From: Planctomycetota bacterium
GTDB lineage: Bacteria; Planctomycetota; Phycisphaerae; Phycisphaerales; UBA1924
Length of the DNA: 64,000 bases
Reading direction: 5' to 3'
NCBI GenBank assembly: GCA_033763795.1
Contig: JANRJV010000011.1
Coordinates: forward strand, 83,840-147,839
The notes beneath the pieces were generated by a model. That model did not search any database, was not told the DNA's origin, and saw only the letters and a program-made list of their open reading frames with translations. Numbering within the stretch: position 1 is the stretch's first letter; every line of letters begins with the position of its first letter. This document shows, piece by piece, positions 38,597-47,574 of this stretch. Made by a program: the position numbers and the translations under genes.

Positions 38597-39937
38597 TCAG
38601 CCCTCGCCGCGCCGCACGATCACCAGCGTCCCGAAAAGCTCCCGCGGCTTCTCCGCGGTACCCAGCATCCACGCCAGCCCCAGCGGCGGGCAGAAAAACC
38701 GCACCACGTTCCGCGCCACCGCCCGCGCCGGCCCGACCCTACGACCGCCGGGCCCGATCACCCGCGCGCCCACCAGCGCTTTGCCCAGCGTCCGCCCCGT
38801 CGCCGCCTCGCTCGCCGCCCCGATCAGCGCGCCCGCCGCCATCACCGCCAGCCCCGCCGCCCCGTCGACCGGCGTCAGCGGCATCAGCCCCGCGCTCTCC
38901 AGGCCGATGCACACCGCCGCCCCGACGAGCGCATCGATCGACCCCGCGAACATCCGCTGCCCGGCCGGGCACAGCGCCGCGCCCTCGGGCAGTGGGGGGG
39001 TCCCGGGCCCCGGCGCGTCCCCGCGCAGCACGAAGATCAGCGTCGTCACTCCGATCACCGACAGCACAAGCATCAGCGTCCGCACCGCGCCGTCGTCCAC
39101 CATCCCGTCCAGCGACACCGGCCCGCTGAAAACCTCGATCCCCTCCAGCGTCGTCACCCGCGCCGCGAACCGCGCCCCGCCCCCCTCTTCACGCCGCAGC
39201 CGCACCAGCCTGTCGCCCACCGCCATCACCGCCAGCGCCGGCTCATCCCCGCCCTCCAGCGTCCGCTCTACCGTCCCGTCGCGCAGCAGGATCCGCATCC
39301 GCAGCCCGGCCCCCGCCTGCTTGAGCGCCACCACCTGGCTCCCCATCGCCAGCACGCGCTCGCCCGGCTCGGGGCCCCAGATCGTCGTCGTCAGCCACTC
39401 CCCGCCGCCGCCCCGCCGCTGCAGCCGCCCGCCCGAGAGCAGCGCCAGATCGCCGCCCAGCGTCAGCAGCGCGCCCGAGTCGATGCCCGATCCCCGCGGC
39501 GCCTCGACCGCCTCCCACGCCGTCTTCCCTAGGCGCATCAGCTCCGCCCGTCCCGCCGTGTCCCGCGTGATCGCGAACACTCCATCCCGCGTCGCCGCCA
39601 GACCCAGCGGCGTCGCAAACGACGTCAGCGGCGCCCGCGCCTCGGCCTGCCCCGCAAGCCCCGCCGCGTCGAGCACCAGCGTCCGCACGGGCCAGATCTG
39701 CTCCGAGTGCCCCGCGGGCTCCATCACCATCCACAGCCGCTGGTCCCACGCCGCCGCCAGCGCCGGCGCCGCCGGAAGCACACCCACCTGCCTCAGATGA
39801 GGCGCCCCGCCCCGCAGCTCAACCGTGTACAGCGGCGCGCCCAGCGGCGTCGACTCCAGCACCGCCCAGCCGCGCGATTCATCGCTCGCCACGGGCCCCA
39901 GCCCCGCCGCAACCGTCACCAGCAGCGCCGCGATCAT
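38597..39937 (-). CDS. Membrane protein with C-terminal RDD-family domain and large N-terminal extracytoplasmic region
   Basis: N-terminal signal/TM MIAALLVTVAAGLGPVA. The C-terminus has TM helices and RTLGKALVGARVIGPGGRRVGPARAVARNVVRF, typical of RDD domains. Confidence 0.6.
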   Translation of the reverse strand: MIAALLVTVAAGLGPVASDESRGWAVLESTPLGAPLYTVELRGGAPHLRQVGVLPAAPALAAAWDQRLWMVMEPAGHSEQIWPVRTLVLDAAGLAGQAEARAPLTSFATPLGLAATRDGVFAITRDTAGRAELMRLGKTAWEAVEAPRGSGIDSGALLTLGGDLALLSGGRLQRRGGGGEWLTTTIWGPEPGERVLAMGSQVVALKQAGAGLRMRILLRDGTVERTLEGGDEPALAVMAVGDRLVRLRREEGGGARFAARVTTLEGIEVFSGPVSLDGMVDDGAVRTLMLVLSVIGVTTLIFVLRGDAPGPGTPPLPEGAALCPAGQRMFAGSIDALVGAAVCIGLESAGLMPLTPVDGAAGLAVMAAGALIGAASEAATGRTLGKALVGARVIGPGGRRVGPARAVARNVVRFFCPPLGLAWMLGTAEKPRELFGTLVIVRRGEG

Positions 39938-41229
39938 TCGGCCTCGGCGTCCGTCGCGCGCATCGAAGGTTGGGAGTCAAGGTCCACGACCTCCTTCACG
40001 CCCAGCTTCTCCGCAAGTCCCTCAAAGTCGAACAGCTCCGCCGGCAGCCGCCTCTTCCCGCCGTCCGACAGCTCGCTCAGCGACAGCCCCATGTCCGAGC
40101 CCGAGGGCGCGTGCGCCAGCCGGATCCGCGACGCCATCCGCGGGTAAAAGCCGCCCACCCCCTGCAGCTTCACCTGCTCGTACTCGCTCAGCTCCGCCGC
40201 CACGACCGCCTCGCCGCTGCGCTCATCGATGATCTCGATCCGCGTCGGCTCGAAGTACTCCGCGTCCGCAGTGAACCGCCACAGCGCCCCGTCACGCTTC
40301 AGGTCGAACGTCACCGTCCCCGCATCGCCGGGCACACTCCGCACCGCCGGCACCCCGCGCCCCGCCAGCTCGGGCAGCGCCGCGATCCCCGTCAGCATCA
40401 GCAGATCCCGCGGCGCCGCCGGCATCCCCAGCTTCTCGATCTTCTCCCGCGTCACCGCCTCGTGCGCCCCCACGTACGCCCGCCGGTTCTTCGTCGCGTC
40501 GATGATCCAGTACCGCCGCGCATCGCACCCGATCCACAGGATCGTCTCGCTCACCTTCGTCACGCTCAGCGCCAGCTTCCCGGGCTGCACCACCTGCAGC
40601 ACCCCCTCGCCCTGCTCCCATCGGCGGTCGCCGTCCGCGTCCGTGAAGCGCACCGACACCACCGCGCTCCCGCGAACCTTCTGCAGCCGGCCCGTCCGCT
40701 CGTTCCAAGCCTTCACGACCTGCGCGTACGTGGGCCCGGCCGCTCCGCCGCTCGGAGCCTTCGCTCCGGAGGTCCCCGTGCTTGTGGTCTCAGTGCGCGC
40801 TGTCTCAGCGCTTGCCGGTCCCGTGCGCGCCGTCTCGGCGCTCGCGGTCTCTCCGCTCGCAGGCCGGGCCCCCGCCGCCGGCCCCGCCGTCCCGCGAACG
40901 TCCCCGCGCGCCTGCCGATCCTTCTCCCGCGCCCCGCGCCGCGCCGCTTCCTGCTGCGCTCGCTCGAACGCCTCCGCCTCGGCCTGCGCTCGCGCACGCG
41001 CCTCGGCCTCGCGCTGCGCCTTCTCCCGCGCCCGCTGCGCCGCCGCCGCGCGCCCCGATGCGAACACAGGCCCAGACGTCGTGATGGGCCGCGACCGCTC
41101 GTACGTCCGCGCCGGCGCCGGCGCGTCCGCCCCCGCGCCCCCGCCCCCGCCCGGCCCGTCCCCCGCACACCCCGCCTGCAGCGACGCGAACACCAGCACA
41201 CCCAGCACCGGCCACGCGCCCCGCTTCAT
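39934..41229 (-). CDS. Lipoprotein with charged coiled-coil/low-complexity linker and LolA/LolB-like (DUF4292-like) C-terminal domain
   Basis: Lipobox MKRGAWPVLGVLVFASLQAGC. The linker is AQRAREKAQREAEARARAQAEAEAFERAQQEAARR. The fold assignment of the C-terminal half is a guess from its beta-rich pattern. ATGA overlap with the downstream gene. Confidence 0.6.
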   Translation of the reverse strand: MKRGAWPVLGVLVFASLQAGCAGDGPGGGGGAGADAPAPARTYERSRPITTSGPVFASGRAAAAQRAREKAQREAEARARAQAEAEAFERAQQEAARRGAREKDRQARGDVRGTAGPAAGARPASGETASAETARTGPASAETARTETTSTGTSGAKAPSGGAAGPTYAQVVKAWNERTGRLQKVRGSAVVSVRFTDADGDRRWEQGEGVLQVVQPGKLALSVTKVSETILWIGCDARRYWIIDATKNRRAYVGAHEAVTREKIEKLGMPAAPRDLLMLTGIAALPELAGRGVPAVRSVPGDAGTVTFDLKRDGALWRFTADAEYFEPTRIEIIDERSGEAVVAAELSEYEQVKLQGVGGFYPRMASRIRLAHAPSGSDMGLSLSELSDGGKRRLPAELFDFEGLAEKLGVKEVVDLDSQPSMRATDAEAE

Positions 41230-41756
41230 GCATCCAGCCTCAGCAGCGTCCGCACCTGTTCCGTCAGATCCACGATCGCCGCCTCATCGAGCGCCGGATC
41301 GATCACCACGATCGGCCCCTCTTCCGCCGCCGCGCCCCGCACTCGCACCAACAGCGCAGCCGGAACATCGCCCCGCGCCTCGCGCATCCCCTGCGACGTC
41401 AGCATCCGTTTGCGAAGCATGATCAAAGCCAGCACATACCGGAACGCAAGCTGCCGCGGCTCCACCGCCTCGCCCAGCTGCTCGAACAGCCCCATCAGCG
41501 AGCCCGCGTCGATCACCGGCTTGTCAGACTTCTCCGCCGCCGGCACGACCCCGCGCCAGTGCGCAAACAGCGCCCCGGGCCGCTCGCCCGCCGATTCCCA
41601 CCCCTCGGGCGTGTAATCCCGCCGGATGAGGGCTTCACCCTCGGGAGATTCGTACAGCGCCGCCACATACCGGTCGCCGGCCTTCAGAGCCGCTCCGGTC
41701 GCCGCGCACCGATCGGACATCCGCCCGATGTCGTAGGAAGGCGTCATCCGTGACAT
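41226..41756 (-). CDS. Hypothetical cytoplasmic protein, first gene of a three-gene operon
   Basis: 176 aa with high GC3 in frame and a 4-nt overlap with the lipoprotein gene. No recognised motif. Confidence 0.5.
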   Translation of the reverse strand: MSRMTPSYDIGRMSDRCAATGAALKAGDRYVAALYESPEGEALIRRDYTPEGWESAGERPGALFAHWRGVVPAAEKSDKPVIDAGSLMGLFEQLGEAVEPRQLAFRYVLALIMLRKRMLTSQGMREARGDVPAALLVRVRGAAAEEGPIVVIDPALDEAAIVDLTEQVRTLLRLDA

Positions 41757-41924
41757 GACCCAAGTGTAGCGGCCGCGCCCGCCCGCCCCGCTCCATACAG
41801 CCCGACTCCCCGCGCCTCCTCCGCACCCCCCGTCCCTCCCTCGCTTCAGCCCGGGGCCCTCTGGTCCCGATAAACCGGGAGCCCCCCCGTGCGACGATCG
41901 CCGCGCAGCCGATGAGATGCATGG

Positions 41925-44408
41925 ATGCCCGACGCCCCGACCGCCAGCCCGGGATCTTCCGACGCAGCCGCCACCCCCCCGGCCGCCGCGCCGTCATCGC
42001 GCGGCTGGCGCGACGCCTGGCAGATCCCCACCGCCATCCTCGCCATCGCCCTCGTCGCCAGCGGCGTCGCCCTCCTCGTCAGCCGCGCCCCGGGCCCCGA
42101 CTACGAAGCCGTGCTCCACGACGTCGAAACGCTCATCGAGCGACAGGAGCCCGCCCGCGCGCTCGACCTCCTCAACGGACCCATCACCCTCGAACTGGGA
42201 CAGCCCGGCGCCCCCGAAGACGTCCGCGGCCGCTTCCACGCCCTCCGAGGCGAAGCCCTCTTCCTCACCTTCCGCACCGGCGCGCCCGACATGAAGTCCG
42301 AAGCCGCCAAACGCAACAACGAGAACACCCTCAAGGAGTTCGAAGAGGCCGAGCACCGCGACCACGCCCTCCTCACGCCCCGCCGCGAACGCTTCATCGC
42401 CGAGACCCTACTCGACCTCCGCCGCTACGAGGAAGCCCTCGACAAGATCCGCCACCTCCCCGAAGACGTCGCCACGCAGCGCCGCGATCTGCTCCGCCGC
42501 CTCATCGAGGAAACCGGCCGCGGCACACGCACCGACCGCGACCTCTCGAACGAGGCCCTCGCCGCCCTCGCGGAAGATGAAGGCCTCGCCGACGCCGACC
42601 GGCTCTGGATCGCCCTCCGCCGCGCCCGCGCCATGATGGGACGGGGCGAGGCCGACGGAGTGATCGATCTCCTGCTCCCCGAACTGCAGCGCTCGGGCGA
42701 CGCCGGCGGCCTCGAGGCCGGCGACGTCCACCTCATGCTGGGCCGCGCCTACCTCATGTCAGGCGACATCCCCCGCGCCAGCCGACACCTCTCCGAAGCC
42801 GAGACCCTCCTCCCCCCCGGGAACGAGCGAGGCGGCGAGGTCGAGGTCGGTCTCGCCAAGGTCGCCCAGGCCCAGGGAGACATCGAAGAAGCCCGCGACC
42901 GCTACGCCACCGTCATCGAGCGCTACCCGGGCTCGGACGCCCACAGCTTCGCGCTCCTGGGGCTGGGGGAGGCCGAGGCCGACACGGGCCAGACCGCCGC
43001 CTCCATCGCCGCCTTCAGAGAGCTCGCCGCCGACATCCGCGGCCGCGGCCTGCCCCCCTCGCTCTCCATCGAAGAGATCGCCGCCAGCGTCGAGCAGCGC
43101 CACCGCGCCGCCATCGTCAACGTCGACCTCCCCGCCGCCCTCGCCTACGCCCAGATCATGATCGACCTCTACCCCCCCGAGAGCACCCCCGCCGGAGCGC
43201 TCATCCGCCTCGCCGAGACCCACCGCGCCCTCGCCGAAGAGGCCACGGGCGAAGTCGCCGAAGGCGAGAGCCTCACCCGCCTCCTCTCGCTCCCCCCCGA
43301 CCGCCTCGAGCAGGCCCGCACAAACCTCGCCGCCGCCGGCGAGGCCTACCTCAAGCACTCCGCCGCCGCCATGGTCGAGTCCGCCGAGGCCGCCTCCGCC
43401 TCGGCGTGGCTCGCCGCCGACTGCTTCGACCGCGCGGGCGACCAGGAACGCGCCATCCGCCTCTTCTCCGACTACGTCGACCGCCGCCGCAACGACCCGC
43501 GCTATCTCGAGGGCAAGTACCGCCTCGCCCGCTGCTTCCAGGCCCGCAACGACTACGCCGCCGCCATCTCCCTCTTCGAGGAGATCATCAAGGCCAACTC
43601 CACCTCCGACGAGGCCTACCGCAGCTACGTCCCGCTCGCCCAGTGCTACCTCCTGCAGTCCTCCGACGCCGACGCCGAAAAGGCCGAGCGACTGCTCCTC
43701 CAGGTGCTCGACGGCCGCATGTTCAGCCCCGAAGCGCCGCAGTTCCGCCGCGCCCTCATCGAGCTGGGCCAGCTCTACCTCCGCGTGGGCCGCTACCCCG
43801 ACGCCATGATGCGCCTGGCCGAGGCCATCGAGCGCTACCCCGCCGCCGTCGAGCTCCCCCGCCTGAAGTTCGACCTCGCCGACGCCTGCCGACTCTCCGC
43901 CGCCCAGCTCCGTCAGCAGTTGAACGCCGCCATGCCCCTCTCGGCACGCTCCGAGCTCGAGGCCCTCCGCGTCGAACGGCTCCGCCGCGCACTGGGCCTC
44001 TACGAAGAAGTCCGCGCCGCGCTCGACGGCCGCGACCCCGCAAAGCTCTCCCCCATCCAGACCATGCTCCTTCGCAACGCCGTCCTCTACCGCGGCGACT
44101 GCGCCTTCGACCTGGGCGACTACGACACCGCCATCCGCCACTACGACGCCGCCGCACAGCGTTTCGGCAACGACCCCGGATCACTCGTCCCCATGGTCCA
44201 GATCGTCAACTGCTACGCCGCCCAGGGCCGATGGCCCGAAGCCCGCACCGCCCACGAGCGCGCCAGGTCCCGCCTCAAGGAGCTCCCCCCCGAGGCCTGG
44301 CAGCACGCCACCGTCCCCATGGACCGCGAGCGCTGGGAAAAATGGCTCGACGCCTCCATGCGCATCTCCGAAGAACGCGCCGCCGCCGACCAGCCGCCCC
44401 CCGGCTGA
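41925..44408 (+). CDS. Membrane-anchored tetratricopeptide-repeat (TPR) protein
   Basis: N-terminal TM WQIPTAILAIALVASGVALLV is followed by many TPR-like helical pairs (e.g. LMLGRAYLMSGDIPRASRHLSEA, KYRLARCFQARNDYAAAISLFEEI, LYRGDCAFDLGDYDTAIRHYDAA). Confidence 0.75.
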   Translation: MPDAPTASPGSSDAAATPPAAAPSSRGWRDAWQIPTAILAIALVASGVALLVSRAPGPDYEAVLHDVETLIERQEPARALDLLNGPITLELGQPGAPEDVRGRFHALRGEALFLTFRTGAPDMKSEAAKRNNENTLKEFEEAEHRDHALLTPRRERFIAETLLDLRRYEEALDKIRHLPEDVATQRRDLLRRLIEETGRGTRTDRDLSNEALAALAEDEGLADADRLWIALRRARAMMGRGEADGVIDLLLPELQRSGDAGGLEAGDVHLMLGRAYLMSGDIPRASRHLSEAETLLPPGNERGGEVEVGLAKVAQAQGDIEEARDRYATVIERYPGSDAHSFALLGLGEAEADTGQTAASIAAFRELAADIRGRGLPPSLSIEEIAASVEQRHRAAIVNVDLPAALAYAQIMIDLYPPESTPAGALIRLAETHRALAEEATGEVAEGESLTRLLSLPPDRLEQARTNLAAAGEAYLKHSAAAMVESAEAASASAWLAADCFDRAGDQERAIRLFSDYVDRRRNDPRYLEGKYRLARCFQARNDYAAAISLFEEIIKANSTSDEAYRSYVPLAQCYLLQSSDADAEKAERLLLQVLDGRMFSPEAPQFRRALIELGQLYLRVGRYPDAMMRLAEAIERYPAAVELPRLKFDLADACRLSAAQLRQQLNAAMPLSARSELEALRVERLRRALGLYEEVRAALDGRDPAKLSPIQTMLLRNAVLYRGDCAFDLGDYDTAIRHYDAAAQRFGNDPGSLVPMVQIVNCYAAQGRWPEARTAHERARSRLKELPPEAWQHATVPMDRERWEKWLDASMRISEERAAADQPPPG

Positions 44409-44551
44409 CCCCCCGGCTGACCCCGCCTGAGGCGTTCACCCAGCCCGGATTTCTGCACACGCCCCGCCCGCCTGTCCGAGATACACCGGTCGGGAAGGCG
44501 ACCGGACCGGCGAGGTCCGTCGTCCATGGACATTCCCGCACCGAGGTCAGG

Positions 44552-45076
44552 ATGACCTTCCAGCCAGGCGCCCATCCTCAGCCCGCGGACCGCTCCGCGC
44601 ACGCGGAACCAGCCGCCCCCGCCCCCGCCGACGCATGGGCCCCGCGCCTCGCCCGCATCCTCGACCGCCAGCGCGAGCTCTACGAGAGCCTCGCCTCCCT
44701 CTCCGAACAGCAGTCACGCTGCATCGAGTCCGACAGCACCGACGAGCTGCTCGCCGTCCTCGACGCGCGCCAGCGCATCATCACGCAGATCACCGCCGCC
44801 AACGAGGAAATCACACCCTTCGTCCAGGACTGGACCGCGCTCTCCGCCGCCCTCACCGAGCCGCAGCGGCTCCAGCTCCGCTCGCGCTTCGACGACGTCG
44901 CGCGCCTGGTCACCGCCATCGCCGCCCGCGATGAGGACGACCGCAAACGCCTCGAAGAGCGACGCTCCGCCGTCGGTCGCGAGATCGTCGGCCTCTCCCG
45001 AGGCCGCGAAGCCCTCGGTGCCTACGGCCGCCCCGGCGCGCCCCTCGACGCACGCTTCCAGGACCGCCGCGCATGA
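44552..45076 (+). CDS. FlgN-like flagellar chaperone family protein (tentative)
   Basis: Internal ATG of track ORF 43406..45076, preceded by GAGG. LARILDRQRELYESLASLSEQQSRCIESDSTDELLAVLDARQRIITQI fits the helical FlgN-family pattern. It sits directly upstream of the flagellar regulators. Confidence 0.45.
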   Translation: MTFQPGAHPQPADRSAHAEPAAPAPADAWAPRLARILDRQRELYESLASLSEQQSRCIESDSTDELLAVLDARQRIITQITAANEEITPFVQDWTALSAALTEPQRLQLRSRFDDVARLVTAIAARDEDDRKRLEERRSAVGREIVGLSRGREALGAYGRPGAPLDARFQDRRA

Positions 45077-46059
45077 GCCGCGCGGTGCTGGAACAGCCCC
45101 AGGCCCAGGCCCAGGCCCAGGCCACCCTCCGCGCCGCCAGCCCCGTGGACCTCGCGGAGCTCATCGCCTCCTTCAACGAAGTCACCGGCCGCCTCCAGGA
45201 CACGCACGAAGCCCTCCGCTCCGAGGTCGCCCGCCTCGAGGGAGAACTCCGCGAAGCCCAGGCCCAGCTCGGCCGCGCCCGCGAGCTCGCCGCCCTGGGC
45301 GAAATGGCCGCCGGCATCGCGCACGAGGTCCGCAACCCCCTCGGCTCCATCAGGCTCTACGCCTCCATGCTCACGCAGGACCTCGCCGACCGCCCCGCCG
45401 AGCGTGCCGTCGCGCAGAAGATCGCCGCCGCCGTCTCGCGCCTCGACGCCGTCGTGGGCGATGTCCTCGCCTTCGCCCGCCCGCTCACCGTCCGCGGCGA
45501 GCTCCTCGAAGCCGCGCAGCTCATCCGCGAGAGCGTCGACGCCTGCGCCGACCTCTGGCCCCGCCACGGCGTCACCGTCCACCCGCCCCGCCGCGACCAG
45601 ACCCTCTGGTGCGACCCGCTGCTCATGCAGCAGGCCATGGTCAACGTCCTGCGCAACGCCGCCGAGGCGCTCAGCGAATGCGGCGGGGGGAACATCTGGA
45701 TCGAATGCTCGCGCCGCCGCGTTGCCGACACCAGCGGCGAGCGACGCCCCATGTCCGTCCTCAGCGTCCGCGACGACGGGCCGGGCGTCCCCCAGTCCGT
45801 GCTCGAACGGGTCTTCAACCCCTTCTTCACCACCCGCCACACCGGCACCGGACTGGGCCTCGCCATCGTCCACAGAATCCTCGACGCCCACGGCGGCCGC
45901 GTCAGTATCCGCAACAACGGCGCCTCAAGCGCCGCCGGCGCCCCGCCGCGCGGCGCCACCGTCGAGTTCCTCATCCCCGCCCGCCACCACGACGTCGGCG
46001 GCAACGAGGGGCACGCACGCCGTGAAACCGAACACGTCAACCAGCGGGAGGCAGCCTGA
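45073..46059 (+). CDS. Cytoplasmic sensor histidine kinase without recognisable sensor domain (FlgS/FlrB/FleS-like by context)
   Basis: H-box GEMAAGIAHEVRNPLGSI, N-box VNVLRNAAEA, G1 VRDDGPGV, G2 GTGLGLAIVHRILDAHGG. There is no TM segment. Only a ~60-aa coiled coil precedes the H-box. ATGA overlap with the upstream gene. Confidence 0.85.
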   Translation: MSRAVLEQPQAQAQAQATLRAASPVDLAELIASFNEVTGRLQDTHEALRSEVARLEGELREAQAQLGRARELAALGEMAAGIAHEVRNPLGSIRLYASMLTQDLADRPAERAVAQKIAAAVSRLDAVVGDVLAFARPLTVRGELLEAAQLIRESVDACADLWPRHGVTVHPPRRDQTLWCDPLLMQQAMVNVLRNAAEALSECGGGNIWIECSRRRVADTSGERRPMSVLSVRDDGPGVPQSVLERVFNPFFTTRHTGTGLGLAIVHRILDAHGGRVSIRNNGASSAAGAPPRGATVEFLIPARHHDVGGNEGHARRETEHVNQREAA

Positions 46060-47517
46060 ATGAGCACCATCCTCGTCGTCGATGACAAAGAAATGCTCCG
46101 CGACAGCGTGGCCGTCACGCTCCAGCGCGCCGGCTTCTCCGTCCTCTCCGCCGAAACAGGCGACCAGGCCCTCGAGGTCATCGCCCGCCGCCGACCGGAA
46201 GCCGTCGTCAGCGACCTCAAGATGCCCGGCCTCTCCGGGCTCGAACTCATCGAGAAAGCCCGCCAGATCGACGAAGACCTCCCCATCGTCCTCATGACCG
46301 CCTTCGGCACCATCCAGACCGCCGTGCAGGCCATGAAGCTCGGAGCCTTCGACTACATCACCAAGCCCTTCGAGGGCGACGAGCTCGTCATCGCCGTCAA
46401 GCGCGCCCTCGAGAACGGCCGGCTCAGGCGCGAGAACGCCGTCCTCCGCGCCGCCGCCGACGGGCCCGCCGCCGCCGCCGCCCCGGGCCTCCGCGGCGCC
46501 GCACGCATCATCGGCGACTCCGCCGCCATCCGCGCCGTCAAGGAAAAGCTCCCCGCCATCGCCGGCTCCAACCTCACCGTCCTCATCGCCGGCGAGTCGG
46601 GCACCGGAAAGGAAGTCCTCGCCCGCGCCATCCACGAGATGGGCCCCCGCGAGGGACGCCCCTTCCTCGCCATGAACTGCGCCGCCATGAGCGAGTCGCT
46701 CCTCGAGTCCGAGCTTTTCGGCCACGAGAAAGGCGCCTTCACAGGCGCCGACCGCCTCCGCAAGGGCCGCTTCGAGCTCTCCCACGAGGGAACGCTCCTC
46801 CTCGACGAGGTCAGCGAGGTCCGCCCGCAGATCCAGGCAAAGCTCCTCCGCGTCCTCCAGGAACGCTCCTTCGAGCGCGTCGGCTCCAGCACCACCATCA
46901 GCGTCGACGTTCGCGTCATCGCCACCACCAACCGCGAGCTTGAACGCGAAGTCGCCGAGGGTGGCTTCCGCCAGGACCTCTTCTTCAGGCTCAACGTCCT
47001 GCCCGTCCGCCTGCCGCCTCTGCGCGAGAGGCTCGAAGACGTCCCGGTCCTCGCCGCCCACTTCGTGGAGAACGTCTGCCGCCGCGAGGGCCGCCACGTC
47101 AAGAAGCTCACCGTCTCCGCCATCGACCTCCTCTGCGCCTACGCCTGGCCCGGCAACGTCCGCGAGCTCCAGAACCTCTGCGAGCGCGCCGTCGTCCTCA
47201 GCCCCGGAGAGGAGATCGAGGCGGATCTCATCCGCGGCTGGATCGCCCCCGCCGCCCCGCACCACGCCCCGTCGCTCACCCCCCGCACCGTCAGCCACGC
47301 CTCCGCATCGTTCATCGAGGCCGCCCCCTTCCGCGCCGCCCTCACTCCCCACCTCAAGCCCCTCTCCGACATCGAGCGCGAGGTCATCGTCGAGACCCTC
47401 AACAAGTTCAACGGCCACCGCGTCAAGACCGCCAAGGCCCTGGGCATCGGCGTCCGCACCCTGGGCCTCAAGCTCAAGAAGTGGAAGCAGGAAAAGCTCG
47501 TCGCCGAATCGCTCTGA
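46060..47517 (+). CDS. Sigma-54-dependent response regulator (NtrC family; FlgR/FlrC/FleR-like by context)
   Basis: Receiver domain (ILVVDDKEM...VVSDLKMPGLSG). AAA+ domain with GESGTGKEVLARAIH and the GAFTGA loop (ELFGHEKGAFTGAD). C-terminal Fis-type HTH (VKTAKALGIGVRTLGLKLKKW). Confidence 0.9.
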   Translation: MSTILVVDDKEMLRDSVAVTLQRAGFSVLSAETGDQALEVIARRRPEAVVSDLKMPGLSGLELIEKARQIDEDLPIVLMTAFGTIQTAVQAMKLGAFDYITKPFEGDELVIAVKRALENGRLRRENAVLRAAADGPAAAAAPGLRGAARIIGDSAAIRAVKEKLPAIAGSNLTVLIAGESGTGKEVLARAIHEMGPREGRPFLAMNCAAMSESLLESELFGHEKGAFTGADRLRKGRFELSHEGTLLLDEVSEVRPQIQAKLLRVLQERSFERVGSSTTISVDVRVIATTNRELEREVAEGGFRQDLFFRLNVLPVRLPPLRERLEDVPVLAAHFVENVCRREGRHVKKLTVSAIDLLCAYAWPGNVRELQNLCERAVVLSPGEEIEADLIRGWIAPAAPHHAPSLTPRTVSHASASFIEAAPFRAALTPHLKPLSDIEREVIVETLNKFNGHRVKTAKALGIGVRTLGLKLKKWKQEKLVAESL

Positions 47518-47546
47518 CGAGCGCCGACTCACCGCCGCCTTCAGTC

Positions 47547-47562
47547 CGGCAAGCGGTTTGCG
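47547..47562 (+). promoter_or_regulatory. Candidate sigma-54 (-24/-12) promoter immediately upstream of flgB
   Basis: CGGCAAGCGGTTTGCG versus TGGCACG-N4-TTGCW, with GG-N10-GC spacing exact. The -12 C at 47561 predicts a transcription start about 2 nt before the flgB ATG at 47575, so the mRNA would be nearly leaderless. That weakens the call. Confidence 0.35.
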
Positions 47563-47574
47563 AAAGGTCGCGCA

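Noticed and set aside
40793-40846. Imperfect ~24-nt direct repeat spaced 30 nt apart (GTGCGCGCYGTCTCRGCGCTYGC)
   Set aside because: It lies inside the lipoprotein gene and encodes an in-frame SAETART low-complexity duplication. It is not a CRISPR-like or regulatory repeat.
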